A stretch of DNA of 63,849 bases, filler included, from Octopus bimaculoides (GCF_001194135.2; 8 parts of 7 records of this genome joined end to end with filler, not necessarily neighbours in it), one strand, 5' to 3'. Positions 48,470 to 61,918 are shown, counted from the first letter of the whole stretch. Numbers and translations: made by a program. The notes: generated from the letters alone by a model not told the origin.

Positions 48470-48905
48470 CCGTTGTGCGGGCAACATTGTTATTCCTCCC
48501 TGTGCCTGTGAAATATTGTATTCCTGTCGTAAGGCCTTATTTCTACAAACGCCAGCTTAATTTAATTGGTCCTTAGTCGAAAGACATCTGTTGTTATGTC
48601 CTGTTTTATTACTTTTATTGTATTTGTGTAACATTGTTCGTTTTTTTTCCGTCCTTGTTTTTGTATACATTCGCTGCTTTCTTCCAAGGTATCTAATGCA
48701 CTTAGCTTAGTTTTTCCTTGGTGTTGGCCAGATTGGAGCAATATCGAGAATAACCAGCAGAAATTACAAAGATATTCTGGATCTCGTCTGAAGAGAGAAA
48801 ACTCCGAATGACATGTCCGTGTTTTCTTTGTATCGTCTATCAGTATGTTTTGTCCCTTTCTTGTATCACCTAACTGTCTGGATGCTTTGCGTCCTTGTCC
48901 CATTC
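48470..48905 (+). mobile_element. Probable Penelope-like terminal repeat with a degenerate hammerhead motif
   Basis: CTGAAGA (48788-48794), GAG-AAAA-CTC hairpin, CGAAT (expected GAAA), then palindromic GACATGTC. Confidence 0.4.
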
Positions 48906-48944
48906 TGTATTATTTTATACATATATACATATACATATATATAC

Positions 48945-50700
48945 ATATAAGCATCTCTACAGATGTCTACCCACCACCGACTTTGTTGCCTCATAACTTC
49001 TAGAAAATTGGATACTTTTTAGCTAAATTTTCCACAAATACCGCTCAAATGCAGTAGATTCAGAGTATATAGGAATTTATGGGAAAGATTTTTTTTCTGA
49101 GGGGGTGAGGAGAAGCGCTTCGGAAAATTCACACCACNNNNNNNNNNNNNNNNNNNNNNNNNNNNNNNNNNNNNNNNNNNNNNNNNNNNNNNNNNNNNNN
49201 NNNNNNNNNNNNNNNNNNNNNNNNNNNNNNNNNNNNNNNNNNNNNNNNNNNNNNNNNNNNNNNNNNNNNNNNNNNNNNNNNNNNNNNNNNNNNNNNNNNN
49301 NNNNNNNNNNNNNNNNNNNNNNNNNNNNNNNNNNNNNNNNNNNNNNNNNNNNNNNNNNNNNNNNNNNNNNNNNNNNNNNNNNNNNNNNNNNNNNNNNNNN
49401 NNNNNNNNNNNNNNNNNNNNNNNNNNNNNNNNNNNNNNNNNNNNNNNNNNNNNNNNNNNNNNNNNNNNNNNNNNNNNNNNNNNNNNNNNNNNNNNNNNNN
49501 NNNNNNNNNNNNNNNNNNNNNNNNNNNNNNNNNNNNNNNNNNNNNNNNNNNNNNNNNNNNNNNNNNNNNNNNNNNNNNNNNNNNNNNNNNNNNNNNNNNN
49601 NNNNNNNNNNNNNNNNNNNNNNNNNNNNNNNNNNNNNNNNNNNNNNNNNNNNNNNNNNNNNNNNNNNNNNNNNNNNNNNNNGAAAACGCACTTTCTTACA
49701 GAAAAGTATTATTAAAATGAATTATCTTTTACATAATCACTTGATAAATGCACCAGGCTCTCCAATATTTTAAATTATAAACAAAAACAATCGGGGGCGG
49801 GAGTAGGGCTGAAAAAATTTCATAAATTTTCAAATTTTTTTTATAGCATAAATGTGTTCATGGGGAGAAAAATATTCTTTTCTACTGTAGGAACAAGGCC
49901 CGAAATATTTGGGGAGGGCGTCAGTCGATTAGACCTCAGTACGCAACTGGTACTTAATTTATCGACCCCGAAAGGATGAAAGGCAAAGTCGACCTCGGTG
50001 GCATTTGAACTTATGGAGAGAGAAAAATATTCAAAAAGATCAATACATGCGAGAGTGAGAAAGAAACGAGGAGTATGGTCTTGGGATGTGCTAGAAACAG
50101 CAACCTTAAATCACACTTTTTCTGAAAATATTTACAATTTTTTTTTTTTTACCGAATAGGCTGCTCTCATGGTTTTTGTATACAAAAAAGAATTAGCCAG
50201 TGTGTGTGTGTGTGGAAGGGAATAACAAATTTTGTAAACTTTTTTGTGATACAAAAGATGCACCCTCCCCGTATCAGCGCCATTATTCCGAAGGCAGCGG
50301 TAAGAAAAAATGGAGAAAATCCACGTCAAAACGGGGAAATTTCAACTTACGCGGTCTTCCTGATCTGAAACTCCTCTCCCCATCCACTCAGATAAAATTT
50401 TCCCCCAAAATTTCTTTATAATCGTAATCTATGCCGTTTGAAAGGTAGTTGTATAAACTTTCATTAAAAGATACTCATTTTCCTGAAAGTTAAGAGGGAA
50501 AAAATTCGGATCGTTTGAATTTTCCGAAACTTCTTTCTCCAAACCTTCGGAAATATTATTTGCAACAAATCCCAGAATACTCTAAATCTAGAACACCTAA
50601 GCAGTATTTGTTGAAAATTTAGTTAAAAAGTATCCATTTTTCTGGACGTTATGAAGCAACAAAATCAGGTGTGATACACATCCGTAGGTATGCCTATATT
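48945..50700. mobile_element. Old long-TIR non-autonomous DNA element (arms ~190+ bp) with an inserted SINE
   Basis: 48945-49137 is the degenerate reverse complement of 50505-50700, e.g. GCCTCATAACTTCTAGAAAATTGGATACTTTTTAGCTAAA vs rc GCTTCATAACGTCCAGAAAATGGATACTTTTTAACTAAA. Confidence 0.65.
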
Positions 50701-50704
50701 TTTA

Positions 50705-51078
50705 CGGCACTCCGTCAGTTACGACGACAAGGGTACCAGTTGATCTAATCAACGGAACTGCCTGCTCGTGAAATTAACGTGCAAGTGGCTGAGCAATCCA
50801 CAGACACGTGTAACTTTGACGTAGTTCTCGCGTAGATTCAGTGTGAAACAGAGTGTGACAAGGCTAGCCCTTTGAAATACAGGTTCAACAGAAACAAAGA
50901 CTGAGAGGAAGGTGTGGTGAAAAAGTACAGCAGAGTGTGCCACCACCCCGTGCCGGAGCCACGTGGGGCTTTAGGTGTCTTCGCTCAATGAACACTCACA
51001 ACGCCCAGTCTGGGAATCGAAACCGCGATCTTATGACCGCGAGTCTGCTGCTCTAACCACTGGAACATTGCGCCCACA
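50705..51078 (-). mobile_element. tRNA-derived SINE, third family (resembles octopus OR-type; copies at 55150-55430, 55625-55880, 58945-59292)
   Basis: Head rc GCGCAATG..CCAGTGGTTAG..CAG..GACTCGCGGTCATAGGATCGCGGTTTCGATTCCCAGAC.GGGCG. Conserved core GCCACTTGCACGTTAATTTCACGAGCAGG. Confidence 0.85.
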
Positions 51079-51799
51079 CATTACGCCTATATACTTCATA
51101 TATATATATATATATATATATANNNNNNNNNNNNNNNNNNNNNNNNNNNNNNNNNNNNNNNNNNNNTTAATTAATTAANNNNNNNNNNNNNNNNNNNNNN
51201 NNNNNNNNNNNNNNNNNNNNNNTCTAGCCGACAATAAAATTGTTTGAAAATCAATAAAGCTACAAGTATTAACACTTACATGTTTAATCAGACACGCAGT
51301 TCCCTCATCAAGAATTTAAAGGGCAACTAAATATTGATGACGTAGTGCGTAATTAACGCTTTCTGAATTCTCTCAATACTGGTGACGTAGTAAGCAAATA
51401 ACTCGAATCGTAAATCTTCAAATCCTTACAAATATTTGCTGAGCTGAAGATTAGATATTACCCCATATTTATTTAAAATTTCAAGGTTCCCACCTAAACA
51501 GCGATTGAAAGTTTTAACCAACTTAACCATGTTCATAACCTTGTCTTATTAAATGTCTTAACAGCTTATTTATTCTTTCCAAAAATGTATTAGCATTATT
51601 AATAATAGTACTATATCTAACGATTTGCCCTGCAACAACATCATAACCAATAAAAGAAGAAATTTTACTACTGAACCATGGTATTGAAGCCACTTGGAAA
51701 CCAAAATTTCCTGTTTTGTTATAAATGACAGTTCATATTTCATTGTTATCCTTAATTACTTGATTGACATCTAGATAATTAATATTTTTCATATTATTA

Positions 51800-51965
51800 C
51801 CTATGGGAAATCGCTTAAACTGGTGTAGTGGCGCGAAATTATAGCCGCCATTGAGGAAGTACTATTCTGCGCATGCGCAGGGGACTTCACCACCGGAAGC
51901 CCCTCGAGTTGCGCATGCGTAGTAAAACTCGTACTTAAGCAGTTACTTTCATTATCTCGGTGAGT
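51800..51965. promoter_or_regulatory. Housekeeping-type promoter motif cluster (E2F, YY1, NRF1 x2, ETS)
   Basis: GGCGCGAAA (~51830), GCCGCCATT (~51845), TGCGCATGCGCA (~51868), CCGGAAG (~51893) and TGCGCATGCGTA (~51910) fall within ~100 bp of otherwise CpG-poor DNA. CG|GTGAGT donor at 51960. Confidence 0.6.
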
Positions 51966-52267
51966 TGAGCTAGAGACCTTCTACATGACAACACCTCGCT
52001 CCTCCACGAAGCACTTTTCACCATGATGCTATCGATGTGATAGCTACTTGCTCCTCTGGCAGGCATCAAGGAAGCCCTTAACCTTCCCTTACCAAACTAC
52101 AACTCAATCAGCGGCGGCTAAGCAGAATGACAGGAATTGTGTGAAACCAAGCATCATCATAAATAAAACCTTTTTATTATGTTGTTAATTGTCCTGATGT
52201 CTCTTCATTTATAATGCTGTTGAAAGGTGATAGAGAGAGACTAAAGTCTCTATCACTACTATCATAC

Positions 52268-52712
52268 CTTTTACACCGGGACGGCTTAAAAAGTCATCTG
52301 CTGATTTACGTAGGTCATCATAATCATCATCATCTCCAAAAACTTTATTCAAATCTTCATCATTGAAGCGGCTTGCCAATTCTGTGGAGATGGACTTAGA
52401 GGTCAGGTCGTCTTTTTGTTTGTCATAAAGGTCTGTGGTCAATGACGGAGCTGAAGCCGCATCCTGGTCAATCTTGATGTACTGGAAAGCTCTTGCAATA
52501 GCAACACCAGCAACAGAATAACCGTTTGCCTCTCTACTTGCATTCACAGCAAAAACAAGTCCAGTCCTGACAGGTGCACTGTGAACAAAGAATGCTTCAG
52601 CTGTCTTCAACAAGTCTCGGCTGGAGGACTTAGATGGATCGAGCACAAACACCATATGGAAAATATTCTTTGCAATGTGCCTTAACATTTCAGGAAAAGT
52701 GGGTCTCAACAT
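52268..52712 (-). CDS. UGGT: UDP-glucose:glycoprotein glucosyltransferase internal exon or gene fragment (orphan; possibly pseudogenic)
   Basis: MLRPTFPEMLRHIAKNIFHMVFVLDP...AEAFFVHSAPVRTGLVFAVN...AGVAIARAFQYI...DDYDDLRKSADDFLSRPGVKG matches the UGGT thioredoxin-like region (human LLRPTFPGVIRQIRKNLHNMVFIVDP...IPLRIGFIFVVN...DAGVAVLRAYNY). It ends AAAG|GTATGA. There is no polypyrimidine acceptor, and the 5' side abuts a SINE. Confidence 0.85.
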
Positions 52713-52937
52713 TACCTTTGTATGTATATCTGCGCATGAGTGTCTCTGTGTTTGACCTCCTCCCCATCACCGCTTGACAACTGGTGTTGATGTGTTTACG
52801 TCCCCATAACCTGGTGGTTCGGCAAAAGAAAGCGATTGAATAAGTACTAGGCTTACGAAATAAGTCCTGAGGATCGAGATGGGGATCTTTGTGGCTTTCG
52901 TCACTGTTTACAATTACCTTTAAAAAAATTTTTCTAT

Positions 52938-53640
52938 AGGCGCAGGTGTGGCTATGTGGTAAGTAACTTGCTTACCAACCACATGGTTCCGGGTTCAGTT
53001 CCACTGCGTGGCACCTTGGGCAAGTGTCTTCTACTATAGCCTCGGGCCAACCAAAGCCTTGTGAGTGGACTTGGTAGACGGAAACTGAAAGAAGTCCGTC
53101 GTATATATATATATATATNNNNNNNNNNNNNNNNNNNNNNNNNNNNNNNNNNNNNNNNNNNNNNNNNNNNNNNNNNNNNNNNNNNNNNNNNNNNNNNNNN
53201 NNNNNNNNNNNNNNNNNNNNNNNNNNNNNNNNNNNNNNNNNNNNNNNNNNNNNNNNNNNNNNNNNNNNNNNNNNNNNNNNNNNNNNNNNNNNNNNNNNNN
53301 NNNNNNNNNNNNNNNNNNNNNNNNNNNNNNNNNNNNNNNNNNNNNNNNNNNNNNNNNNNNNNNNNNNNNNNNNNNNNNNNNNNNNNNNNNNNNNNNNNNN
53401 NNNNNNNNNNNNNNNNNNNNNNNNNNNNNNNNNNNNNNNNNNNNNNTGTCTGTGTGCCAAATCGCTTGACAACCGTTGCTAGTGTGTTTACGTCCCCGTC
53501 ACTTAGCAGTTCGGCAAGAGTGACCGATTGAATAAGTACTAGGCTTACAAAAAATAAGTCCTGGAGTCGATTTGTTCGACTAAAGGCGGTGCTCCAGCAT
53601 GGCCGCAGTCAAATGACTGAAACAAATAAAAGAATAAAAG
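52938..53640 (+). mobile_element. SINE(s) spanning a gap
   Basis: Head GGCGCAGGTGTGGCTATGTGGTAAG and tail GACTGAAACAAATAAAAGAATAAAAGA. Confidence 0.85.
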
Positions 53641-53933
53641 AATAATGTATCAAATAGATGTAATTTTGGGGGCTGGATCCGAATTTGTTATTCATTTATT
53701 CCAGTAAAAAATTTTTGCAAAAATATTACAGGTTGTTCAAAGTTTGATAGTTTCCAGAATTTTCAGCCAATCAAAAGACAGCACGTTCGCTGCCTCTTCT
53801 ATCATCAGCGGTGGAAGCATCGGCATGTCAAAACATTGGTACTTCCCTTGTACACGCACACACATATACTCACGCAGAGTTGAAACGCTGATTTCTTTTT
53901 TCAGCGTTGAATGTCCACCATCCCACTTTCATT

Positions 53934-54023
<90 letters not shown>

Positions 54024-57000
54024 CTCCCATTTACATGCACACACATATACTCACACACAAGCATCTTCCTTTCTCATTCATATGTTGTGACGGAGAAAAA
54101 CACAAGAGTATTATTTATAGTAAGAAGATCATCTTTCTCGTATCTCCTTCTTCTCTTTATCCGCATGCGCAGCATCTTTGGTTATTATGGAAACAGATAT
54201 TTTTGCCAGCGTGATGAGTAAAATACTCGCTTATGATTGGCTGAAATACCCAAATTTTGCAAATTTTAATGGCTAATAACTCTTTAATCATGGATTTATA
54301 GGAACAACGAATTTCATTTTCATAATTAGTATACAAAACTTAACCCATATACCAAATTTGAAAACAATTGGAACAAAATTGTAAACAGTGATGAAAACCA
54401 CAAAGATCCGAAACGGTGCTCCACTATGGCCGCAGTCAAATGATTGAAACAAGTAGAAGAATAAAAGAATAATTGAATATTAAAAAAGGATGTCACTAAC
54501 CTCTGTGGAAGAAGTTTTTATATAGTGCTTTGTGTTTCGTGTATTTTGTGTGTAAGCGCTTTCATTTTTCAATTTTACAAACACACGTGTTCCGGGCTAA
54601 TGCGTAAATAGGAAGTTGCTTGTTTGTTGATTTCTGGCACATAGGTAGATCATATGCTCTGAAGTTCAAGTAAGGCTGGAATTTTTCGAAAACTCGATAA
54701 TACTCAGTTGGCATCGATTTTTGTGAGCTCAATCGGGCGTTTGAATGGAAATTCCCATAACGATATTATTTTTCCTGCATCTTTTGCATTTTTTGTCGGA
54801 TTTTTATGAAAATCGATGAATGAGCGAGGCTTATGGCAGTGAGTTAGTGTTAGTATATGGCGTTGACAAAAAAATCGATAATTGCGCCTGAGTAGTGATT
54901 TTATAAAATCAATAGGCTTTTTGCGTGCAAGTACTCATAGGGATTTTATTTTTGGCCGTAACTTTTATATTTTTCATCCGATTTTAATGAAATTTGAGAT
55001 TTAGGTAAATTTTGTGGTAGGGGAGACAGTAAAGGCTTTAATTTAATTNNNNNNNNNNNNNNNNNNNNNNNNNNNNNNNNNNNNNNNNNNNNTTAATTAA
55101 TTAANNNNNNNNNNNNNNNNNNNNNNNNNNNNNNNNNNNNNNNNNNNNCACGTATACCCTTAACGTAGTTCTCGGGGGAGATTCAGCATGACACAGTGTG
55201 ACAAGGCTGACCCTTTGAATTACAAGCACAACAGAAACAGGAAGTAAGAGTGAGAGAAAGTTGTCGTGGAAGAGTACAGCAGGGTTCGCCACCATCCTCT
55301 GCCGGAGCCTCGTGGAGCTTTTAGGTGTTTTCGCTCAATAAACACTCACAACGCCCGGTCTGGGAATCGAAACCGCGATCCTATGACCGCGAGTCCGCTG
55401 CCCTAACCACTGGGCCATTGCGGCTCCACTATGGCTCAATATAGATATATACAAACATACACATACAAATGTATGTATGTATGTATGTATGCATGCATAT
55501 ACATATGTATGTGTGTATGTATACAAAAGAAAGGAAAGGCAGAAGGACATAACTAGGCTGCTCAATGAATAGACAGAGGTAGACAAAGACGTTTATAAGT
55601 GAAATTTTCGAAAGCTGCCGAACGTTGCCGAACGTATGGCCTAGTCGCTAGGGTATTGGACTCACGATCGCAAGATCGTAGTTTCAATTCCTAGACCAGG
55701 TGGTGCGTTGTGTTCTTGAGCAAAACAGTTCATCTCATGTTGCCTTGCGATCACTTTGACACCTGACGCATGGCACACAGTGTACTTGTTCAGAGTACCT
55801 CGATTTGATGGAGAGGGTGAGCTAATGGGTGGCATGAGCATTTGATCACTATAAACGAATCATTTGTGCAGGTCGTTTGGCAATAACTGAATGCTCATTC
55901 GTAGTTTTCAACGGGAGAGTCCACCATATATATATATATATATATAAACAAATAGTAAATGAGTATATGCATATATACGTACAGGTATGTGCATACCGAC
56001 ATCCACCTGTATGTATAGGTGCATATCTGGGTACAGGACATTGCAAACAAAACGTAGACGAGAAAACACACAAGCCACATAGAGAACATTCTTCTTCATC
56101 AGCTACCCCCGTTTTAACACCGGCGTTTCGAAGAGCTGGGCAGGACGCATCGCTAAAACGGCTCTTCTCATGGACCGCAGCTTAAATTTGTATACACAAA
56201 TTAAACCTTGCCATGGAGGAATGTAGTGGCGAACAAAAAACAAGACAGGAAAACAAACAGAAAAGGCTATACGGCCAGACGGGAAAAATTATGTGTATGA
56301 ACGCTGTGAGGCACGAACTTGAAAGTAGGGACGAAGTAAGTTCGTGTGTTATGAATGTATGTATATATATACGATTGACTTCCATTCAGTTTCTATCTCA
56401 CCAAATTCATTCACAAGACACTGGTCAGCCCTGCGTTATACTAGAAGCTATTTGTCTACGATGTCGCAAAGTGGGACTGAACCGAAAACCACGTGGTTGC
56501 AAAAATAAATTCTTAGGCACGCAGCCATATATGCATGTATATATATATATATGTGTGTGTGTATTCTATCTGTGTATGTATCATTAGGACACTATAAGAC
56601 ATCTTGTGGTGGTGATGGTGATGGTGGGGGTAAATAAATAATGTCTATTATCTTTTCTAAGCTGAGGCGGCGAGCTGGCAGAAGCGTTAGCACGCCGGCG
56701 AAATGCTTAGCGGTATTTCGTCTGCAGCTACGCTCTGAGTTCAAATTCTGCCGAGGTCGACCTTGCCTTTCTTCCTTTCGGGGTCGATAAATTAAGTACC
56801 AGTGAAGTACTTGGGTCGATGTGATCGACTTAACCCTCTCCCAAATTTCAGGCCTTGTGCCTATTGCAGAAAGAATTGTTTATTATAAACTCAGATTACA
56901 GTTACCGCTTTCAAATCTCATATCGATAGATTAAATTTTACTAACGGTGTTCGCACCAAAGTTGAAAAAAAAGAAAAAAGTTACCGTGATTCAAAAGAGG

Positions 57001-57431
57001 TATTAATAATAATAACAACAATAATAATAACCGTACTGCAAAGCATAACAACAGTAACAACAAAACTGTGTTACAAAGAATAGATGAAATGTATTGTTTT
57101 TAGATGCACCCCTTGAATAAGGAGAAAGCACCAGAAATGCTGCTATGCTGATATTCGTAAGAAGCCAGTGTGAATAACAATAATTCAGTTTCTATACTTC
57201 AAGTGTAGATAGGTTTTCATAAGTAATTCGTAAAGTTGAATGATGGTGAGTATATATGTGTTTCTTTTTTTTTCTTTCTGTTATGTAACCGAGTGGGTTC
57301 TTTCTCTGAGTGTAAGATCTTAGAATGCATTTAATATTTTGATAGTATACAACGTACAACGTGGATGATATGGAAGCCAGGTCGTATAGTGCCAGCATGG
57401 TGAGAAAAAGTGAGTGGAAGAGGCAGACAAA

Positions 57432-57481
<50 letters not shown>

Positions 57482-59392
57482 NNNNNNNNNNNNNNNNNNN
57501 NNNNNNNNNNNNNNNNNNNNNNNNNNNNNNNNNNNNNNNNNNNNNNNNNNNNNNNNNNNNNNNNNNNNNNNNNNNNNNNNNNNNNNNNNNNNNNNNNNNN
57601 NNNNNNNNNNNNNNNNNNNNNNNNNNNNNNNNNNNNNNNNNNNNNNNNNNNNNNNNNNNNNNNNNNNNNNNNNNNNNNNNNNNNNNNNNNNNNNNNNNNN
57701 NNNNNNNNNNNNNNNNNNNNNNNNNNNNNNNNNNNNNNNNNNNNNNNNNNNNNNNNNNNNNNNNNNNNNNNNNNNNNNNNNNNNNNNNNNNNNNNNNNNN
57801 NNNNNNNNNNNNNNNNNNNNNNNNNNNNNNNNNNNNNNNNNNNNNNNNNNNNNNNNNNNNNNNNNNNNNNNNNNNNNNNNNNNNNNNNNNNNNNNNNNNN
57901 NNNNNNNNNNNNNNNNNNNNNNNNNNNNNNNNNNNNNNNNNNNNNNNNNNNNNNNNNNNNNNNNNNNNNNNNNNNNNNNNNNNNNNNNNNNNNNNNNNNN
58001 NNNNNNNNNNNTATATATATATATATATATATATATATTACACACAAACACATACATATATATATACTTATATACAGATATAAATAAATATATATATAAA
58101 TATACACATACATATGTATGTATATATAAATACACGCACAAACACATATGCATACATACGTATATACATATATATGTATGTATGCATGTATGCATGTATA
58201 TGATATATGTATATATATATATCTATATATGCATGTTTATATATTTATATATACGTACTCACACATGCACGTTCATACGCACATATATATATATATCAGT
58301 GGGCCGAAAAACAGACTGACGGACAGATAGATAGGCAGATAGAGAGATGGATTGGTAGATAAATGTACCTAGTTAAAGATATGCACAAAACAAACCCACA
58401 GATAAAAGCAAAAATATATGCGTTGGGTATGAATGCATGACAGTATATATGCATGTGTTTGTATGCAAATGTTTTTAAATTAACAATGATGTTCTCAGCC
58501 AGTGCATATCATAGTTAATATCGTGTAAAGAAATGTCAGCAATCTTCGGTTGATATGAAGTAAGGTGCGGATGAGAATTAAGTACTCGCTAAACATTTAG
58601 AGGGTTCGAAGCGCCATCTTTCTGTCATTTAATAATCTCGATACCCAACAAGAAATTCTAGCGTCGATCTGTATATTATCAAAGGCCCTGTCGTGCATTT
58701 ATTTTCTGTACCGAATTAGCTCTTACTATGTCTTGTATCATATTCATTAGAATCTTTGCTGTCGAAATTCTTAGGATGGAACTTAAACTCTTCTGACTAA
58801 TATCGATTCGGAATATAATAGAGCATTGTGATAAATAACTGCAGAATATCTACTGCCGGCTGGAAACTGAATGACTGACAAATAGTCCGGGGAAAAGGTC
58901 AGATACTTTTGGAGGTCTTCTTCTCCTCTTGGCACTCTGTCGCTTACGAAGTCGAGGGTTCCAGTTGATCCGATCAACGGAACAGCCTGCTCGTGAAATT
59001 AACGTGCAAGTGGCTGAGCACTCCACAGACACATGTACCCTTAACGTAGTTCTCGGGGATATTCAGCGTGACACAGTGTGACAAGGCTGACCCTTTGAAT
59101 TACAGGCACAACAGAAACAGGAAGTAAGAGTGAGAGAAAGTTGTGGTTCGCCACCATCCCCTGCCGGAGCCTCGTGGAGCTTTAGGTGTTTTCGCTCAAT
59201 AAACACTCACAACGCCCGGTCTGGGAATCGAAACCGCGATCCTATGACCGCGAGTCCGCTGCCCTAACCACTGGGCCATTGCGTCTCCACGCNNNNNNNN
59301 NNNNNNNNNNNNNNNNNNNNNNNNNNNNNNNNNNNNTTAATTAATTAANNNNNNNNNNNNNNNNNNNNNNNNNNNNNNNNNNNNNNNNNNNN

Positions 59393-59829
59393 AGTTAAAA
59401 GCAGCAATTCAAGAGAAACGTCCAGAATTGGCCAACAAGAAGAGTGTTGTTTTCTAACATGATGATGCAAAACCACACGTTTCTTTGGAAACCAGACAAA
59501 AATTGCTGCAGCTCGGCTGGGATGTGTTATCCCACCCTCCATATTCACCAGATATTGTTCCTTGGGATTTCCACTTATTCAGATCTCTGCAGAATAGTCT
59601 TAATGGTAAAAATTTCAATTCCTTGGATGACGTAAAAAGATACCTTGATGAATTCTTTGCTATGAAACCACCTCAATTCTGGGAAGAGGGTATTTTCAAG
59701 TTAAAGGAAAGGAGACGCATTGTGCAACAAAATGGTTTATATTTGGTTGATGAAAAATGTAAAGGCAATTATATATTGACCTTTTTCTTTCCTTTAAAAA
59801 TCGGCATGAACTTTCCGGACAACCCAATA
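59393..59829 (+). mobile_element. mariner 3' fragment
   Basis: HDDAKPH...ETRQKLLQLGWDVLSHPPYSPDIVPWDFHLFRSLQNSL, with terminus CTTTCCGGACAACCCAATA. Confidence 0.9.
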
Positions 59830-61229
59830 TTTTTACATTCTGTGATTTTATGTGTATGTATTATTTTTTATGTGTTTGTAGACCAGGCGGTGCTCCAGCA
59901 TGACCGCAATCAAATGACTGAAACAAATAGAAGAGCAGAAGAGTGTATGTATATATATATTTGAAAAAATGAGTAAAGATGGCTTTTGGGAGGATAATTT
60001 TTATTATAATGATAATGCTTACAGTTTTTCTAATGAGCTTTGAGCTTTTCGATAGCCGTTTTCACACTGAAATTCTGTGGTTTTGAATGATGCTTATATA
60101 GCAAAATATTTTTTCTGACAAGTATACAAATAAAAAATAAAAATAAGAAATAAAAGATGGAAAAAATAAAACATAAAGAGTATAAAAACTAATTTTACAA
60201 TAATATAAAAATATAATAAAAGAATGCAAAAAGTAAATACAACAGTATGTGTGAAAAAAGAAGAAACAACAAAAGCAGAATGAAAAAGAAAAAAATGAAA
60301 AACGAAAAGGAAAAGGTAGAAGCTAAAAAGTCAAAAAGTAATTGAAAGTGGAAGTGAGAAGTGATTGGTCTGTCAGGAATAAAGAAATGGAATAATTTTT
60401 AGGAGTGGTCAAAAATGTTGTTGAGTTCCTGTCAAAAGATGACTTTTGTGAATCTTTTGATTTTAGGCCATTTTATTCATTTGTCACAGTTGGTATGGTG
60501 TGCCTTTATTTAGTCATATACACTTACACACACATACATCCATATACACATATATCCACAATCCACACACGCGTGTATACATACATCCACACACATATAC
60601 ACACAACACACACAAACACACACACACACACACACACACTTACACACGTGCATCTACTTACTTATATACACATACATTCGCACATACACCCACACACACA
60701 CATATATATATATACACACATATATACTCACGCATGCATACATATATATGCGTACACATGCATATGTGTCCACACATACATACATACATACATACATACA
60801 TACATACATACATAAGAGAGTGTATATCCGTACAAACCTATATCTCTAAATTTTTATGTGAATATACATATTTACATACCTGCACACACATATATTCATA
60901 TATACACACACCTATAGATATTTCCACACATATATACACATGTGTACATAACATAATACATATCAGATCGATGTATCATCAAGAACCAGGATTAGATCTC
61001 TTACTCTTAAGGGTCCTAGATGAATGTAACTTTACAGCGAGAAGTCTAAGAGAAGGCAGCGGTGTCAGATTCTCTCATGCATCGAATGTCAAGTTCTAAA
61101 AAAATCTTTTAGTGAAGTAAAAAAAATGTGTATGTCGTAAAATCAAATGGTGGTGCCCCAGTATGGTCACAGATCGTGAGCTGAAACTAGTTCAATTCAA
61201 TTCAATTCCATTCATATATACTTTTCCGT

Positions 61230-61918
61230 ATTCAGGCAGTGTTTGGTTGGTGTCTTTCTGTGAATTGTTGAGATGGTAGTTCTGGTGGTTGTGGAATTAT
61301 TGTTTGTTCAGTTTTGGCTGATATTTTCGAATAAGATATTCTTCCTTGGCATTACAAAATATTCATTTTCTGTCCACAGTTTGAAGAAAGGGAATATTTT
61401 GTATTTTCTTTTTCCACATTTTTCAAAAATGTTTGCTACAAGTTGTGTTTCTAACGAATCAGTTGTTTCATGGCTCTGTCGTTTGTGTACCCTTACTTTC
61501 TCATATAGTCCGATGCCCGTTTCACCAATGTAGTATTCGTTGAATTTAGGGCATATGACACAGCAGATTAAATTCCTGAATTTGCAATTCATATTTGCAT
61601 TTATTTTGAAAGTGTCATTGTTTTTGAAAGTAATCTGTACTCTCTCTCTCTCTCTCTTCAATGTAGTCACACGTTCCACAACGAGGGTCATCACATTTTC
61701 TAACTCTCTTTGTTGTTTCTGTGGTTGTAAATTTTGCTTGGGTTAAGAGTTTTTTATGTTGGGTGCTTGCCGTCTGCTATAAATCATTTTTGAGTCTATT
61801 ATTAATTGGTTGATTCTTGATGAATGTTGAAGGATTGGGGAGGTATCGCTTTGCAGTGTTGATGAAGTCATGATTTCTTGGGTTGTGGGTGATGACAAAA
61901 GGAATGCTTATGTGTTCA
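61230..61918 (-). mobile_element. Penelope-like element, linker + GIY-YIG endonuclease remnant
   Basis: IPFVITHNPRN...KC.DPRCGTC...NLICCVICPKFNEYYIGETG..L...VRVHK shows the CCHH linker and the (Y)IGET GIY-YIG motif. Confidence 0.85.
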
